Source: Alphaproteobacteria bacterium
Lineage (GTDB): Bacteria > Pseudomonadota > Alphaproteobacteria > SHVV01
Length of the DNA stretch: 64,000 nt
Direction of reading: 5' to 3'
NCBI GenBank assembly: GCA_965261735.1
Contig: OZ253470.1
Location: forward strand, 4,928,001 to 4,992,000
The position numbers and the translations under genes were made by a program. Shown here piece by piece: positions 19,883-30,769 of this stretch (its first letter is position 1; each line of letters opens with the position of its first letter). The notes under the pieces are model-generated. The model ran no database searches. It worked only from the letters and a program-made list of their open reading frames with translations, and was not told the DNA's origin.

Positions 19883-20074
19883 ATGTCCGACGGGCGACCA
19901 AGCGTGCGCGAGCGGTGGGTGCGGGCCATCGAGGCGGAAATCGCGCGGACGCTGCCGGCCGCGGATACCGAAGCGTTGATCGCCGCCTGCCAGAGGGGCG
20001 AGCCGGCGGCCCGCGAACGCTACCGGCGCATCGATCTCGATATCAGGACGCGGCAGGCGCGAATCCTCGGATGA
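19883..20074 (+). CDS. Small hypothetical protein (63 aa)
   Basis: Helical-looking ORF whose stop overlaps the cyclase start (ATGA at 20071-20074). Confidence 0.55.
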   Translation: MSDGRPSVRERWVRAIEAEIARTLPAADTEALIAACQRGEPAARERYRRIDLDIRTRQARILG

Positions 20075-21240
20075 GCGACCCCACCGCCGACATCATCGCC
20101 TGGTCCCACGGCGACGGTCGCCGCATCCGCGGCATGGGCCCCTTGCTACACGCCTACGCGGAGCGGCTCCGGCGCGGCGGTGTCCCGGTCGATCGCATGA
20201 CCCTGTCGCTCCGCACCCTGCACCCGCAGGTCTCCGTTGCGGCGTACTTCTGGACCCCCGAGACGGGAATCACCGAGCGCACGGTCCCGCACGGCGCTGA
20301 TCTCACGGGCGCCTATCTCAACAGCCCCATCCGGCTCGTGTTCGAAGGCGCGCGCGAGGTCCGCCGCGGGCTCCTGGGCGGCGACGAGGGCATGGATTTT
20401 CCGATCCTCTTCGAGCTGCGAGAGGAGGGCCCCGCCGACTACCTGGCCGTGCCCGCACCCTTCAGCGACGGCCTCGCCAACGCGATGACGTTCGCGACAC
20501 GCCGCAAGGAGGGTTTCGCGGACGCCCAGGTCGTGATGATCCGCGACACCCTCGAGGTGCTGTGCCCGCTGATCGAGATACAGGCGGTGCGCCAGCTCGC
20601 GAGCATCGTGCTCGAGACCTATCTCGGCAAGGACACCGGCGCCAAGGTCCTGGAGGGCGAAATCCAGCGCGGCCACTTCGACACCATCGATGCGGTGCTG
20701 TGGTTTTGCGATCTGCGCGATTTCACTGACGTGTCGCAACGCCTGCCGACGGCGCAGGTGATCGAGCTACTGAACGCCTATTTCGGGATCATCGGCGCCG
20801 CCGTCGAGAGCCACGGCGGCGAAATACTCAAATTCATCGGCGACGCGGTGCTGACGATTTTTCCGCTCGATCATGGCGCCGGCACGGCGGCCGTTTGCGC
20901 CAACGCCCTCGCCGCCGCGCACGAGGCGATCGCGGCCCGGCCGCAACTCGATGAAGAGGGCGGCGAGGCCGACCATCCCGTCGCCTTCGGCATCGCCCTC
21001 CACGTGGGCCAGGCTGCCTATGGCAACGTCGGTGCGCCCGACCGGCTCGATTTCACCGCGATCGGTCCGGCCGTCAATCTGGTCAGCAGGATCGCGGGAC
21101 TGTGTGGCGAGCTCGGCGCACCGCTGCTCGCGTCGGATGCTTTTGCCGGCGCGAGCGATGCGCCGCTCAGCTCGCTGGGGACGTTCGCTCTCAAGGGAAT
21201 AGCCGAGCCGCAGCCCGTCTCCGGCTTGCCTCCGAGCTGA
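20071..21240 (+). CDS. Class III adenylate/guanylate cyclase with N-terminal GAF-like region
   Basis: FCDLRDFT, KFIGDAV, GNVGAPDRLDFTAIGPAVN..SRI, LKG. Confidence 0.92.
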   Translation: MSDPTADIIAWSHGDGRRIRGMGPLLHAYAERLRRGGVPVDRMTLSLRTLHPQVSVAAYFWTPETGITERTVPHGADLTGAYLNSPIRLVFEGAREVRRGLLGGDEGMDFPILFELREEGPADYLAVPAPFSDGLANAMTFATRRKEGFADAQVVMIRDTLEVLCPLIEIQAVRQLASIVLETYLGKDTGAKVLEGEIQRGHFDTIDAVLWFCDLRDFTDVSQRLPTAQVIELLNAYFGIIGAAVESHGGEILKFIGDAVLTIFPLDHGAGTAAVCANALAAAHEAIAARPQLDEEGGEADHPVAFGIALHVGQAAYGNVGAPDRLDFTAIGPAVNLVSRIAGLCGELGAPLLASDAFAGASDAPLSSLGTFALKGIAEPQPVSGLPPS

Positions 21241-21288
21241 ATCCTGCTACCGTCTTGGCCCGCGTCGCCGAAGAGACGGAGCACAGCG

Positions 21289-21588
21289 ATGGCCCCCTTC
21301 GCCCACATCCTCGAGATCAAGCTCGATGCATCCTCGCGTGATGCGTTCGATTCGCTGCTGCGCGACAACGCCAAGGTCACGCGGGCCGAGGCGGGCTGCC
21401 TCTCCTACACCGTGCACGTCGCCGACGAGGACCCCCACCGCTACGTGCTCTACCAGATCTTCGCCGACGAAGCGGCCTTCGAGGTCCATCGGCAGTCGCC
21501 CCACCTCGAGCACTTCCGTGAACAAGCGGGCGGCATGTTCACGCTCGAGAAGGTGACCAACCTAGGAACGCGCCCGGACCCCGATTGA
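21289..21588 (+). CDS. Antibiotic-biosynthesis-monooxygenase (ABM)-family protein
   Basis: EAGCLSY, AFEVHRQSPH; about 100 aa. Confidence 0.85.
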   Translation: MAPFAHILEIKLDASSRDAFDSLLRDNAKVTRAEAGCLSYTVHVADEDPHRYVLYQIFADEAAFEVHRQSPHLEHFREQAGGMFTLEKVTNLGTRPDPD

Positions 21589-24063
21589 CCCGCGGCACGG
21601 CGGGACGCGACTGAGGAGACGCTGGCATGGCGGCCCCCCGAACAAGGGCCCGACCTGCCTCACGCTGGCGCTGATCCGCGACGACGGGCCCTTGCTCGGC
21701 GCCTAACAAACGGGCGTCTCCACGTTCCCGATATTCACGGCCCTGGCGCGCTGCCGAGCCGATCCGTAGCGGATTCGTTGGGGTGCCCTCGAATTGCCCC
21801 GATGGCGCCCCGTTGCCGCCATTCTCGCCGACGACCCTAGCGCCGACTGACGCGCAACGGCTTCGGCCGGCACGGGGAGCGAGGCGAGGGAATGATGAAA
21901 TCTGCAGGCGAAACACCGCCAAGGCGGCAATGGAAGACCTTGTCGTCGTGTCTGCGATCATGGCGCTTGCGCTGTTCGCCACAGCGGCCCCGGGCGAGCC
22001 TGCGCACACCGCGACGCAAGACCAATCGGCCTGGGTCATGGGCGACCCACTGGGCGCCGGCTCGGCTGCGAGCGCGTTCGCGATGCCGGCGGCCGCGCTG
22101 TTGGTAGCGACCGTAAATTTCCCATTTGTAACGACCCAAAATTTCTCACTTTGGGCTTGTCGCTGAAGGCGTCCCGGGCCGCTCTGTTGGCTTTGCCAAC
22201 AGAGCGGGATCGGTGCGCGGATGTACAAATGGGAGACCAGGATGTTGTTGAAGCACTATCTGGACCGGGGTGTCTCGAAGGCGGAGCTGTCGAGGCGGTT
22301 CGGGGTGAACCGTCGGACGATCCACAATTGGGTCGATACCGGCCAACTGGACCGGGATCTGGCGGCCGGTGCGCGAGGGTATTCGCCCCGTCCGCCTGTG
22401 GCCCACAAGCTGGACCCCTACAAGGCGATCATCGACGCCCGTCTTGAGGCGTTCCCGAAGCTGTCGGCGAAGCGGCTTTTCGATGAGGTCCGCGCTGCGG
22501 ACTACCCGGGCTGCTACTCTCGCGTGAACGACTACGTGCGGGCGACGCGACCGCGCGAACCGGTTGAATCGCTGGTCCGGTTCGAGACGCCGGCGGGGCG
22601 TCAGGGCCAGGTGGACTTCGGCTGCCCTGGGGCCGGCGCCATGCCCTGGTGATCGTCCTCGGCTACTCCCGGCTGCTGTGGCTGCACTTCTATACTCGGC
22701 AGACCATGCCGGTCGTGTCCCAGGACGTGGTGTAGGAGTTGTTGGAGCCTCTGTTAGCTGTGGGTAGGCGGCTTGCCGTAGCGACCGCCGAGAGTCTGGC
22801 GTAGGCAAGCCGGCTATCCACAGCGGAGGCCATCGCGGTTCCGGTTTAGGGTTGGGCTAGTGCAAACCAACCTGACCCGAAGGAGAACCACGATGACCCA
22901 GGACATGATGACCCTACGCGCGCTTTTGGAGAAGAGCTCCGATGCCGATCTGCTTTGCGAGATGATCGGCTTCACGGCCGAGCGGCTGATGGCACTGGAG
23001 GTTGAGGGCCTGACCGGCGCCGGGCACGGCGAGCGCTCGGCGGATCGTATCACCCATCGCAACGGCTACCGCGACCGGTCCTGGGAGACGCGGGCCGGCA
23101 CGGTCGAGCTGAAGATCCCGAAGCTGAGGAAGGGAAGCTACTTCCCGGGCTTCCTGGAGCCGCGGCGGATGGCCGAGAAGGCGCTGGCTGCGGTGATCCA
23201 GGAGGCCTACATCCAGGGGGTGTCGACCCGCTCGGTCGACGATCTGGTTCAGGCGATGGGGATGTCGGGCGCCTCCAAGAGCCAGGTCTCCAGGCTGTGC
23301 GGCGAGATCGACGATAAGGTCACCGGCTTCCTCGATCGACCGCTGGAGGGCGACTGGCCCTATCTGTGGCTCGACGCCACCTACGTGAAGGTGCGCCAGA
23401 CCGGACGCATCGTCTCGGTCGCGGTGACCGTGGCTGTGGCCGTCAACGACCAAGGCCGCCGCGAGGTCCTGGGCGTGGCGATCGGCGCGTCGGAGGCCGA
23501 GACCTTCTGGACCGAGTTCCTGCGCTCGCTGGCCCGGCGCGGGGAGTGTCAGAAGATTTGTGCTCGGGCCGTTTTGCCAGACATTGACGAACCTTTCGCC
23601 GAAGATGACGGCGAACTGTGTTTTGGCCTCGAACCATTCCCGCGGCGGACGTTTCCACGTCTCGGCCGCATGATCGAGAACGAGATATAACAACTTCGAG
23701 GCGGCCTCGTCACTGGGGAAGTGGCCGCGGGTGCGGACAGCGCGCCGGATCTTGGCGTTGAGCGACTCGATGGCGTTTGTGGTGTAGACAATCCTGCGTA
23801 CCGCCTCGGGGAAGACAAAGAAGGGCGAGACGTGTTCCCAGTTGCGCCGCCAGCTCTGTGCGATGGCCGGATATTTCTCGCCCCAGGGGCCGGCCTCGAA
23901 GGCATCCAGCGCCGCCAGGCCGGCATCGGCGTCCTTGGCCCGGTATACGTCCCTGAGCGCCTTGGCCACATGTTTTCGATCCTTCCATGACGCAAAATTC
24001 ATGGAATGGCGGATCAGGTGGACGATACAGGTCTGAACCACAGTCTCGGGGAAGGTGGCGTTG

Positions 24064-25457
24064 GGCTGTGTCTCGAAAGTGGTGGAAATTTGAGGATGGC
24101 GTAATCTCCGGGTGACAAGACAACCACCCAATCGGCGGCTAGCACCGCCAAGGAGATCACGCCATGAAGAACACTACCGAGACTTCCGCGCTTTCGCTAC
24201 TGGCCAATGACGCCGGCTATGATCCGATCGAGGACCGGCTGCGGGAGAACATCAGATCCACGATCGAGGCCGTTTTTGAGGAGGAACTTGCGCAGTTTCT
24301 CGGGCGCTGCCGATACGGTCGAGAGGACGCGCTTCGGCAAGGGTATCGGAACGGGCACCGGGAGCGGCAACTGACGGGGACATTCGGGACCGAGAGGGTG
24401 AGCGTGCCGCGTGCGCGGATCGTTGAGGAAGACGGTCGGGCGTCGGAATGGCGTTCGCGGGCGCTGCCGCGCTACCAGCGGCTGACCAGAAAGGCCGAGG
24501 CGCTGATCGCTTCGGTGTATCTGTCCGGAACCAACACGCGGCGGGTGAAACGCGCGCTGTTCGGGCTCTTCCGGGGTGCTGTGAGCAAGGACGTTGTGAG
24601 CCGGGCGTGGCGCAAGGTGAAGGTCGATTGGGACGCCTGGTGCAGCCGTGGCCTCGCGGATGAGGATATCGTTCGGCTGATCCTTGACGGCACTGTGATC
24701 AAGACCCGACTGGACCGCAAGGCCACCAACATCTCGGTTCTCGCGGCTATAGGGGTGCGCCGGGATGGCCAGAAGGTCTTGCTTTCGATCGGGAATATGG
24801 GCGGAGAAAGCCAGGCGGCGTGGCGCCAGTTCCTCGACGACCTTGATGCGCGTGGACTGAAACGGCCCGGGTTTGTCATCGTCGATGGCGCGCCGGGACT
24901 GGAGGCGGCTCTGTCGGCGCTTTGGGGCGATGACCTTCCCGTTCAACGCTGCACCGTGCACAAGCACCGCAACCTTCTGGGTCATGCTCCCAAACACATG
25001 CATGACGAGCTGAGCGAAGATTACCGCGATATGATCTATGCCGACACTGCCTCCGAGGTGGAAACCCGCCGCAAGGCGTTTGTCCGCAAGTGGCGGCTGA
25101 AATGCAGGGCCGTCGCGGACAGCCTCGCAGAAGCGGGCGACAAGCTCTTTACCTTCACGCGCCTGTCCAAGAGCCAATGGAAATCAGCCCGAACGACCAA
25201 CGCCATTGAGCGTCTCAACGAGGAGTTCAAGCGCCGGATCAAAACACAGACCGTGCTGCCGTGTCCCGAAACAGTGCCGATGCTCCTCTGGGCACTCCTC
25301 GCTTCCGGCCAAATCCAGATGCGCAAAGTCGATGGATGGGAAACCCTCGATCAGCTAATCGCCGACGAAACCCTTGACCGCGCAGCCTGACCGCCGCAAA
25401 ACTCAACCCGCTCGGAGAGGCGCCAAAACCAATTTCCACCACTTTCGAGACACAACC
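24064..25457 (+). mobile_element. IS256-family element C (innermost, intact)
   Basis: 27-bp near-perfect IR GG(C/T)TGTGTCTCGAAAGTGGTGGAAATT; 8-bp TSD TGGCGTTG (24056-24063, 25458-25465). Confidence 0.95.
24164..25390 (+). CDS. IS256-family transposase (intact)
   Basis: YRNGHR, LILDG, IVDGAPGL, QRCTVH, RTTNAIER; AAGGAG upstream. Confidence 0.95.
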   Translation: MKNTTETSALSLLANDAGYDPIEDRLRENIRSTIEAVFEEELAQFLGRCRYGREDALRQGYRNGHRERQLTGTFGTERVSVPRARIVEEDGRASEWRSRALPRYQRLTRKAEALIASVYLSGTNTRRVKRALFGLFRGAVSKDVVSRAWRKVKVDWDAWCSRGLADEDIVRLILDGTVIKTRLDRKATNISVLAAIGVRRDGQKVLLSIGNMGGESQAAWRQFLDDLDARGLKRPGFVIVDGAPGLEAALSALWGDDLPVQRCTVHKHRNLLGHAPKHMHDELSEDYRDMIYADTASEVETRRKAFVRKWRLKCRAVADSLAEAGDKLFTFTRLSKSQWKSARTTNAIERLNEEFKRRIKTQTVLPCPETVPMLLWALLASGQIQMRKVDGWETLDQLIADETLDRAA

Positions 25458-27393
25458 TGGCGTTGATCGCCTCGGGGAAGCCCTTGAGACCATCGACGAC
25501 GGCGAGCAGGATGTCCTGCACGCCCCGGTTCTTGAGCTCATTCATGACGCGCAGCCAGAACTTGGCGCCTTCGGTCTGCTCGATCCACAGACCGAGGATC
25601 TTCTTGGTGCCATCGGGAAGAATGGCGAGGGCGATATACACCGCCTTGTTGCGAACGAACCCCTCGTCGCGGATCTTGACCCGGATGGCGTCGAAGAAAA
25701 CGATGGCGTAGCAGGCATCCAGCGGCCGGTTCTGCCATTCGCTCACCTCCTCGAGAACGGCATCGGTGACCGTTGAGATCAGGTCCGGTGAGACCTCTAT
25801 ACCGTACAGCTCCTGAAGGTGACCGCGGATCTCGCGGACCGTCATGCCGCGGGCATACATGGAGATGATCTTCTCGTCGAAGTCCGGGAACCGGCGCTGG
25901 TATTTAGCGATCAGCTGCGGATCGAAGGTGCCGGCCCGGTCACGTGGAATATCCAGCGTCACCTTCGACGTACCCGTGAGGACCGTCTTCTGCGATCGGC
26001 CGTTATGGCGATTGGTTTTTCCATCCGCCGTTTCCGCATCGAGATGCGCGTCGAGCTCCGCATTCAGGACACGTTCCGACAGCCCTTTCTTCAACTCGTC
26101 AAGCAGACCGTCCTGGGTGAATACCGTTTCCGGATCACGCCCCTCCAACAGCTGGTCCAATAGTTCCTTCTCGATTGCCATAGGATGCTCCTTTCTTTTT
26201 CATCACTATGGCCCAAAGCACAAAATTCCGGATACTCCCCCGGCGCGGGCTGCGCGGCGTGAAGCTGGTGATCTCCGACGACCACAAGGGCCTGAAGGCC
26301 GCCGCGACCCGGATCCTCGGCGCCACATGGCAGCGCTGCCGCGTGCACTTCGCCCGCAACCTGCTGGCCCATGCCGGCCGCCAGGGCCGGCGCGTCGTCT
26401 CCGCCTTCGTCGCCACCGCCTTCGCCCAGGAGGACGCCGACAGCGCGAAGGTCCAGTGGCGCCAGGTCGCCGACCAGCTCAGGCCCAAGGTGCCCAAGCT
26501 GGCAGTTCTCATGGACGAAGCCGAGCACGACGTCCTCGCCTACATGAGCTTCCCCAGGGAGCACCGCCAGAAATTGCACTCCACAAACCCGATCGAACGG
26601 CTCCATGCCGAGGTCAAGCGTCGCACCAACGTCGTCGGTATCTTTCCCAACGAAGCCGCCATCACACGGCTCGTCGGCGCCATCCTTCTCGAGCAGAACG
26701 ACGAGCGGGCCGTCTCAAGGAGATACATGACGCTGGAATCCATCGCTCCGCTGAGCGATGGTGTCCCCATCACGCTGCCCACCGTGGCAGCCTGAACGTC
26801 CCGGCCCTACCCGCCGGGAGCCGCGTAGAGCGCAACGCTCTTACACCACTCCGCGGGACACGATCACCATGCCGGTCCTGATGGAAGGTCTGGAGAGCGC
26901 CTTCGACCGGTTCGGCGGGGTTCCGGAGGAGCTGCTGTTCGACCAGATGCGCGCCGTGGTGCTGTCCGACGACCGCGGGGCCGGCGGCGGCCTGGTGCTG
27001 AACGAGGAGTTTCTGCGGTTCGCCGCGCACTGGGGGGTTCATGCCGCGCTCGTGCCGACCCTATCGGGCCCAGACCAAGGGCAAAGTGGAGCGCCCGATC
27101 CGCTACATCCGCGAGAGCTTCTTCTACGGCCGCTCGTTTGCGAATGACAACGATCTCAACGAGCAGGCCGTGCGCTGGCTGGAGGGCACAGCCAACGTCC
27201 GCCGGCATGCCACGACCGGGGAGCGTCCTGTCGACCGCTTCGAGCGCGACGAGCGAGCGGTGCTTCTCCCCTTGGCGAACCATCCCTATCGACGTCTCGG
27301 CGTCCGGCATGCTCCGGAGCCCGCGCCGCGGCGACTGCCGGCAACCGTGAAGGTCGAGCGGCGACCGCTTAGTGTCTATGCGGAGGCGCTGCA

Positions 27394-28191
27394 ATGAACG
27401 CTCCGGCGCCGGCCCGGCGCGACCGGCTGCGGGCAATGCTGGCGGACCTCAAGATGCCGGGCGCGCTGGAGGCCGTCGACGGCATCCTCTCGGACGCCGA
27501 CGGCGGCACGATCTCGGCGGTCGAGGCCATCGAGCAGTTGCTGAACGCCCAGATCGTGCTGCGCAACAACCGCCGTCTCCAGACCGCCATGCGCTCTTCG
27601 CGGCTGCCGGCTGTGAAGACGCTCGATCAGTTCGACTTCGCCTTCCAGCCCAGCATCAAGCGCGAGCAGATCGAGAGCTTGCACGAGCTCGGCTTCCTGG
27701 ACCGCGGCGAGAACGTGATCCTGCTCGGCCCACCAGGCGTCGGGAAAACGCACTTGGCGATCAGCCTCGCGATCGCGGCGGCCGAGGCCGGCCGGCGCGT
27801 CTACTACGGCACGCTCGCGGCGCTGATCGAGTCCCTCACCGAGGCCAAGGCCGCCGGCAATCTGACCCGGCGGCTGCGCGTGCTCACCCATCCGGCCCTG
27901 CTGGTGGTCGACGAGATCGGCTACCTGCCGGTCAACCAGGACGGCGCCGTGCTCTTCTTCCAGCTCATCAACGCCCGGCACGAGAGGGCGTCGACTGTGC
28001 TGACGTCGAACAAGGGTTTCGAGGACTGGGGTGGCGTGCTCGGCGACGAGGTCATGGCGGCGGCTCTCATCGACCGCCTTGTGCACCACTGCCACATCGT
28101 CAACATCCGGGGCAACAGCTACCGGATGAAGGAGCATCAGAACCTGCTGCAGTCCGGCTCGGATCGACGCAGGAAAAGAGCCGCCGCGTGA
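27394..28191 (+). CDS. istB: IS21 helper ATPase IstB
   Basis: GPPGVGKTHLA, LVVDEIGY, LTSN, IDRLVHH, G.SYR. Confidence 0.96.
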   Translation: MNAPAPARRDRLRAMLADLKMPGALEAVDGILSDADGGTISAVEAIEQLLNAQIVLRNNRRLQTAMRSSRLPAVKTLDQFDFAFQPSIKREQIESLHELGFLDRGENVILLGPPGVGKTHLAISLAIAAAEAGRRVYYGTLAALIESLTEAKAAGNLTRRLRVLTHPALLVVDEIGYLPVNQDGAVLFFQLINARHERASTVLTSNKGFEDWGGVLGDEVMAAALIDRLVHHCHIVNIRGNSYRMKEHQNLLQSGSDRRRKRAAA

Positions 28192-28604
28192 TCGCCGGCT
28201 CAAACGGAGACAGGAGCGGTGACACCCGCCCGCTGTGGATAACCGGGTTGTCGCCGCCAGACTCTTGGCGGTCGCTGCGCCAACCCGGTTACCTACAGCT
28301 CGACCAAGTCCGACACCCCAAACACCGCGTCTGGGGGTACGACCGAACGCTCAAAGTGAGAAATATTTCGATCGACAAAAGTGGGAAATTTTCAGTCGCA
28401 ATTGACACGCGCCGCATGTCGCCGCGCCGCCGCCCGTACTCCCGGGTAGTCGCCTTGGCTCGGCCCCCTCGTCGAGCCCGACGTCGGTTCCGAGGCGTGG
28501 CAACACGGCTCCGAGACCGCCGTCGCTCCGCCGCAGGCCTCGATCGATACGGAGCCGCGCTGCGGTCGCACGGCGAAGGGCTATCGGCTCCTCGGCGGCG
28601 TTCG

Positions 28605-29622
28605 CTAGATGAGGTAGGGACGCTCCGCCGGCGCGGCCGCTCCCGCCACGGCTGGATCGGGCTTGCGCGCGACGTAGAATTCGAGGCCCATACCATCGGG
28701 GTCGCGGATGAGGAAGCTGCGCTTGGTGGCGCTGTCGATCCTCTTCTCGAGCGCGACACCCGCACCCGCCAAGGCCGCCTCGGCGGTATCCAGCTCCGCC
28801 TCGTCGGCGACCTGATAGCCGTAGTGGTGAACCGACTGCGGCGAGCCCGGCGCCTGGCGGACTGAGGGCGATGTCGAAGGCATAGCCCGTGGCCGGGCCG
28901 GCCAGGCACACGAGCCCGCCGTCGTCGGAGGTGTGGATCAGTTTGAGACCGGCGACCTCGGCATAGAACGCGACCATGCGATCGAAATACCGCGTCATCA
29001 GCACCGCATGGGTCAGCCGCAGCGGGTGGATGAGCGCCTCCGCCACGCGCTTGATCTTAGGATTCGTGTGGTAGCGCGCGTCCGTCGCCGCGGGTTCCGC
29101 GTTGGGGTCCCAATTGCCGGTCATTTCGCGCCCCGGAATGTGGCCGTCGAAGCAGGTCCACCAGTCCTTGACCGAGTCGGCATAAAACTCGTGCAGGTAG
29201 CCGTCGGGGTCGAACACATAGACGCTGCGCGACACGGTGTGGTCGACGACGCGGTGGATGTTGAGGCCCGCCGCGACGGCGCGGTTGTAGGCATCGACGA
29301 GCGCCTTCTCGTTCTCCAGCTCCCAGCCGAAATGGTTGAGCCCGGCCTGGATACCGCGGCCCTTGGGGATCTGCAGGTGGCCGCCGCGGCCGATGACCGG
29401 CTTGGTGCCGTCCATCGTCTGGATGAGCGCCAGGTCGTGGTGCGTGTTGCCGTTGGTCAGCAGAGCCGCCTCCATCTCGGTCTCGCGGAAGCACCCCTCG
29501 AAGCCACAGATATCGCGGTAGAAGTGCAGCGACTTCTGGAAGTCGCCTACGAAAAGGTTGGCGTGCCCAAGCCGGCGCGGTGAGAACCTCACGGGCTGCA
29601 CGTCGTGAGTCTGGATCGTCAT
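28605..29622 (-). pseudogene. Two-domain VOC/extradiol-dioxygenase-like protein, frameshifted near 28865
   Basis: Paralogue of 35552-36565. After YAFDIAL the homologous C-terminus (VHHYGY...RDPDGMGLEFY...PYLI) continues in another frame. Confidence 0.85.
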
Positions 29623-29656
29623 CGATGGTCCCTCCGTGGGGTTGCGCGGCCCGGCC

Positions 29657-30754
29657 TCACAGGGCGTAGAGGCCGGCCGTGTTTTCACCAAGGATCTTGC
29701 GTTGTTCGTCCGCCGTCAAACCATCCAGCATCTCAGCGACGGCCGTGCGGGCCTCGAGACCGACGGAGCGGACGTGGGGAAAGTCCGATCCCCACAATAT
29801 GCGATCGATACCAACGTCGTGGGCGACGCGGGCACCATAACCGTCGTCGATCCAGCCGTGCCAGACGCGCGTGCGCACATAGTCTCCGGCCCGCTCGAGG
29901 TCGAGTTTGGCTAGATTGAGGCGTTTGGCGAAGGCGATCTGAATCTGTTCGAGGCGCCACATGAAGAATGGCACCCAGGAGAACTCGAACTCACTGCACA
30001 CGATCTTCAGGTCCGGGAACCGATCGAAGATGCGGCCGAAGACGAAATCGTTGGCCATCGTGAGCTGGATCTCGTAGCTCACGTCGAGGCTCGCGCCGGG
30101 CGCGTTGCCGATCGCGTCGTCGGTCTGTGACTGGAAGCCGCCCGGCGCCCATCCCGTCAGCGAGTGCAGCGTGACGGGGAGATCCATTTCGCAGACGCGG
30201 GCCCAAAAGGCATCGTAGGAGGGGTCGCGGTAAGGCGGACAGCCCTGTGGCTCGCGGCAGTTCACCATGACGCCCTTGAAGCCGCGCCGCGCACAGCGTT
30301 CGAGCTCGGTGGTTGCCCAGTCGACGTCGACGAGCGGCGCCACGCCGACACCGATCAGCCGCACCGGGTCGGCGGAGACGTAGTCGGCGAGCCAGTCGTT
30401 GTAGACTTCGGCCGCGGCCTTCAGGCACGCGACGTTGGTGTTGTGCATCACCAGCAGCATGTAGGTCGGGTATATCAGCTCGGCCGCGATGCCGGCCTCG
30501 GCCTGATAGCGCAGCCTTGGCTCGGGCTCGTAGCCGGCGCGGTGGAGGCCCGCGTCGCGGTGCTCGGCGTCGGCATCGGCGACCGCGGCGACGCGCCGCC
30601 CGGTATGGAAGAAGCGCCCCTTCTTGCCCTTATGCTCCGACAGTGGACGCGGTGTCGACTCGCCAAAGCGCTTGCCGAGCGCTCGCTGCCACAGATCAAG
30701 CGGCTCGAAAATGTGCGAATCCGCGGAGATCAACCTCGCGGCCTCACCCACCAT
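29657..30754 (-). CDS. Amidohydrolase_2-family metal-dependent hydrolase/decarboxylase
   Basis: ISADSH.FE, YNDWL, LPVTLH, FDRFPDLK..CSE, WGSDFPH. Confidence 0.9.
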   Translation of the reverse strand: MVGEAARLISADSHIFEPLDLWQRALGKRFGESTPRPLSEHKGKKGRFFHTGRRVAAVADADAEHRDAGLHRAGYEPEPRLRYQAEAGIAAELIYPTYMLLVMHNTNVACLKAAAEVYNDWLADYVSADPVRLIGVGVAPLVDVDWATTELERCARRGFKGVMVNCREPQGCPPYRDPSYDAFWARVCEMDLPVTLHSLTGWAPGGFQSQTDDAIGNAPGASLDVSYEIQLTMANDFVFGRIFDRFPDLKIVCSEFEFSWVPFFMWRLEQIQIAFAKRLNLAKLDLERAGDYVRTRVWHGWIDDGYGARVAHDVGIDRILWGSDFPHVRSVGLEARTAVAEMLDGLTADEQRKILGENTAGLYAL

Positions 30755-30769
30755 GCCGATAGCTCATTC

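Larger units (their letters stand above)
23542..26239 (-). mobile_element. IS256-family element B (inside A), transposase from 26181 split by element C
   Basis: IRs GGGAGTGTC..ATTTGTG / CACAAAAT..GATACTCCC; 8-bp TSD CCGGCGCG (23534-23541, 26240-26247); DIPRDR, FFDAI, VDGLKGF, QTCIVH, YTTNAIES. Confidence 0.93.
22711..26865 (+). mobile_element. IS256-family element A (inside istA), transposase split 22893-23541 / 26240-26795
   Basis: IRs GGTCGTGTCCC...GTGGTGTA and TACACCAC...GGGACACGATC; 8-bp TSD ACCATGCC (22703-22710, 26866-26873); RNGYR, YLWLDAT, WQRCRVHF, STNPIER. Confidence 0.93.
22221..27397 (+). pseudogene. istA: IstA transposase, interrupted and frameshifted
   Basis: HTH start, RFETPAG.QGQVDF, LFDQM, QTKGKVER. 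Split by IS256-A at 22711-26865, with frameshifts near 22620 and 27035. Confidence 0.9.
22099..28407 (+). mobile_element. IS21-family element (outermost of the nested stack)
   Basis: TG...CA ends with matching AAATTTCCCA and ATTTCTCACTTTG subterminal repeats; 5-bp TSD CGCGC (22094-22098, 28408-28412); istA and istB present. Confidence 0.93.
21930..28612 (+). pseudogene. Small secreted hypothetical protein split by the IS21 element
   Basis: MEDLVVVSAIMALALFATAA signal-like start. Removing 22099-28412 gives an open frame to TGA at 28612. Confidence 0.35.

Noticed and set aside
27372-28865. 497-aa ORF over istB and the IS21 end
   Set aside because: Alternative frame with low-complexity composition that crosses the element boundary.
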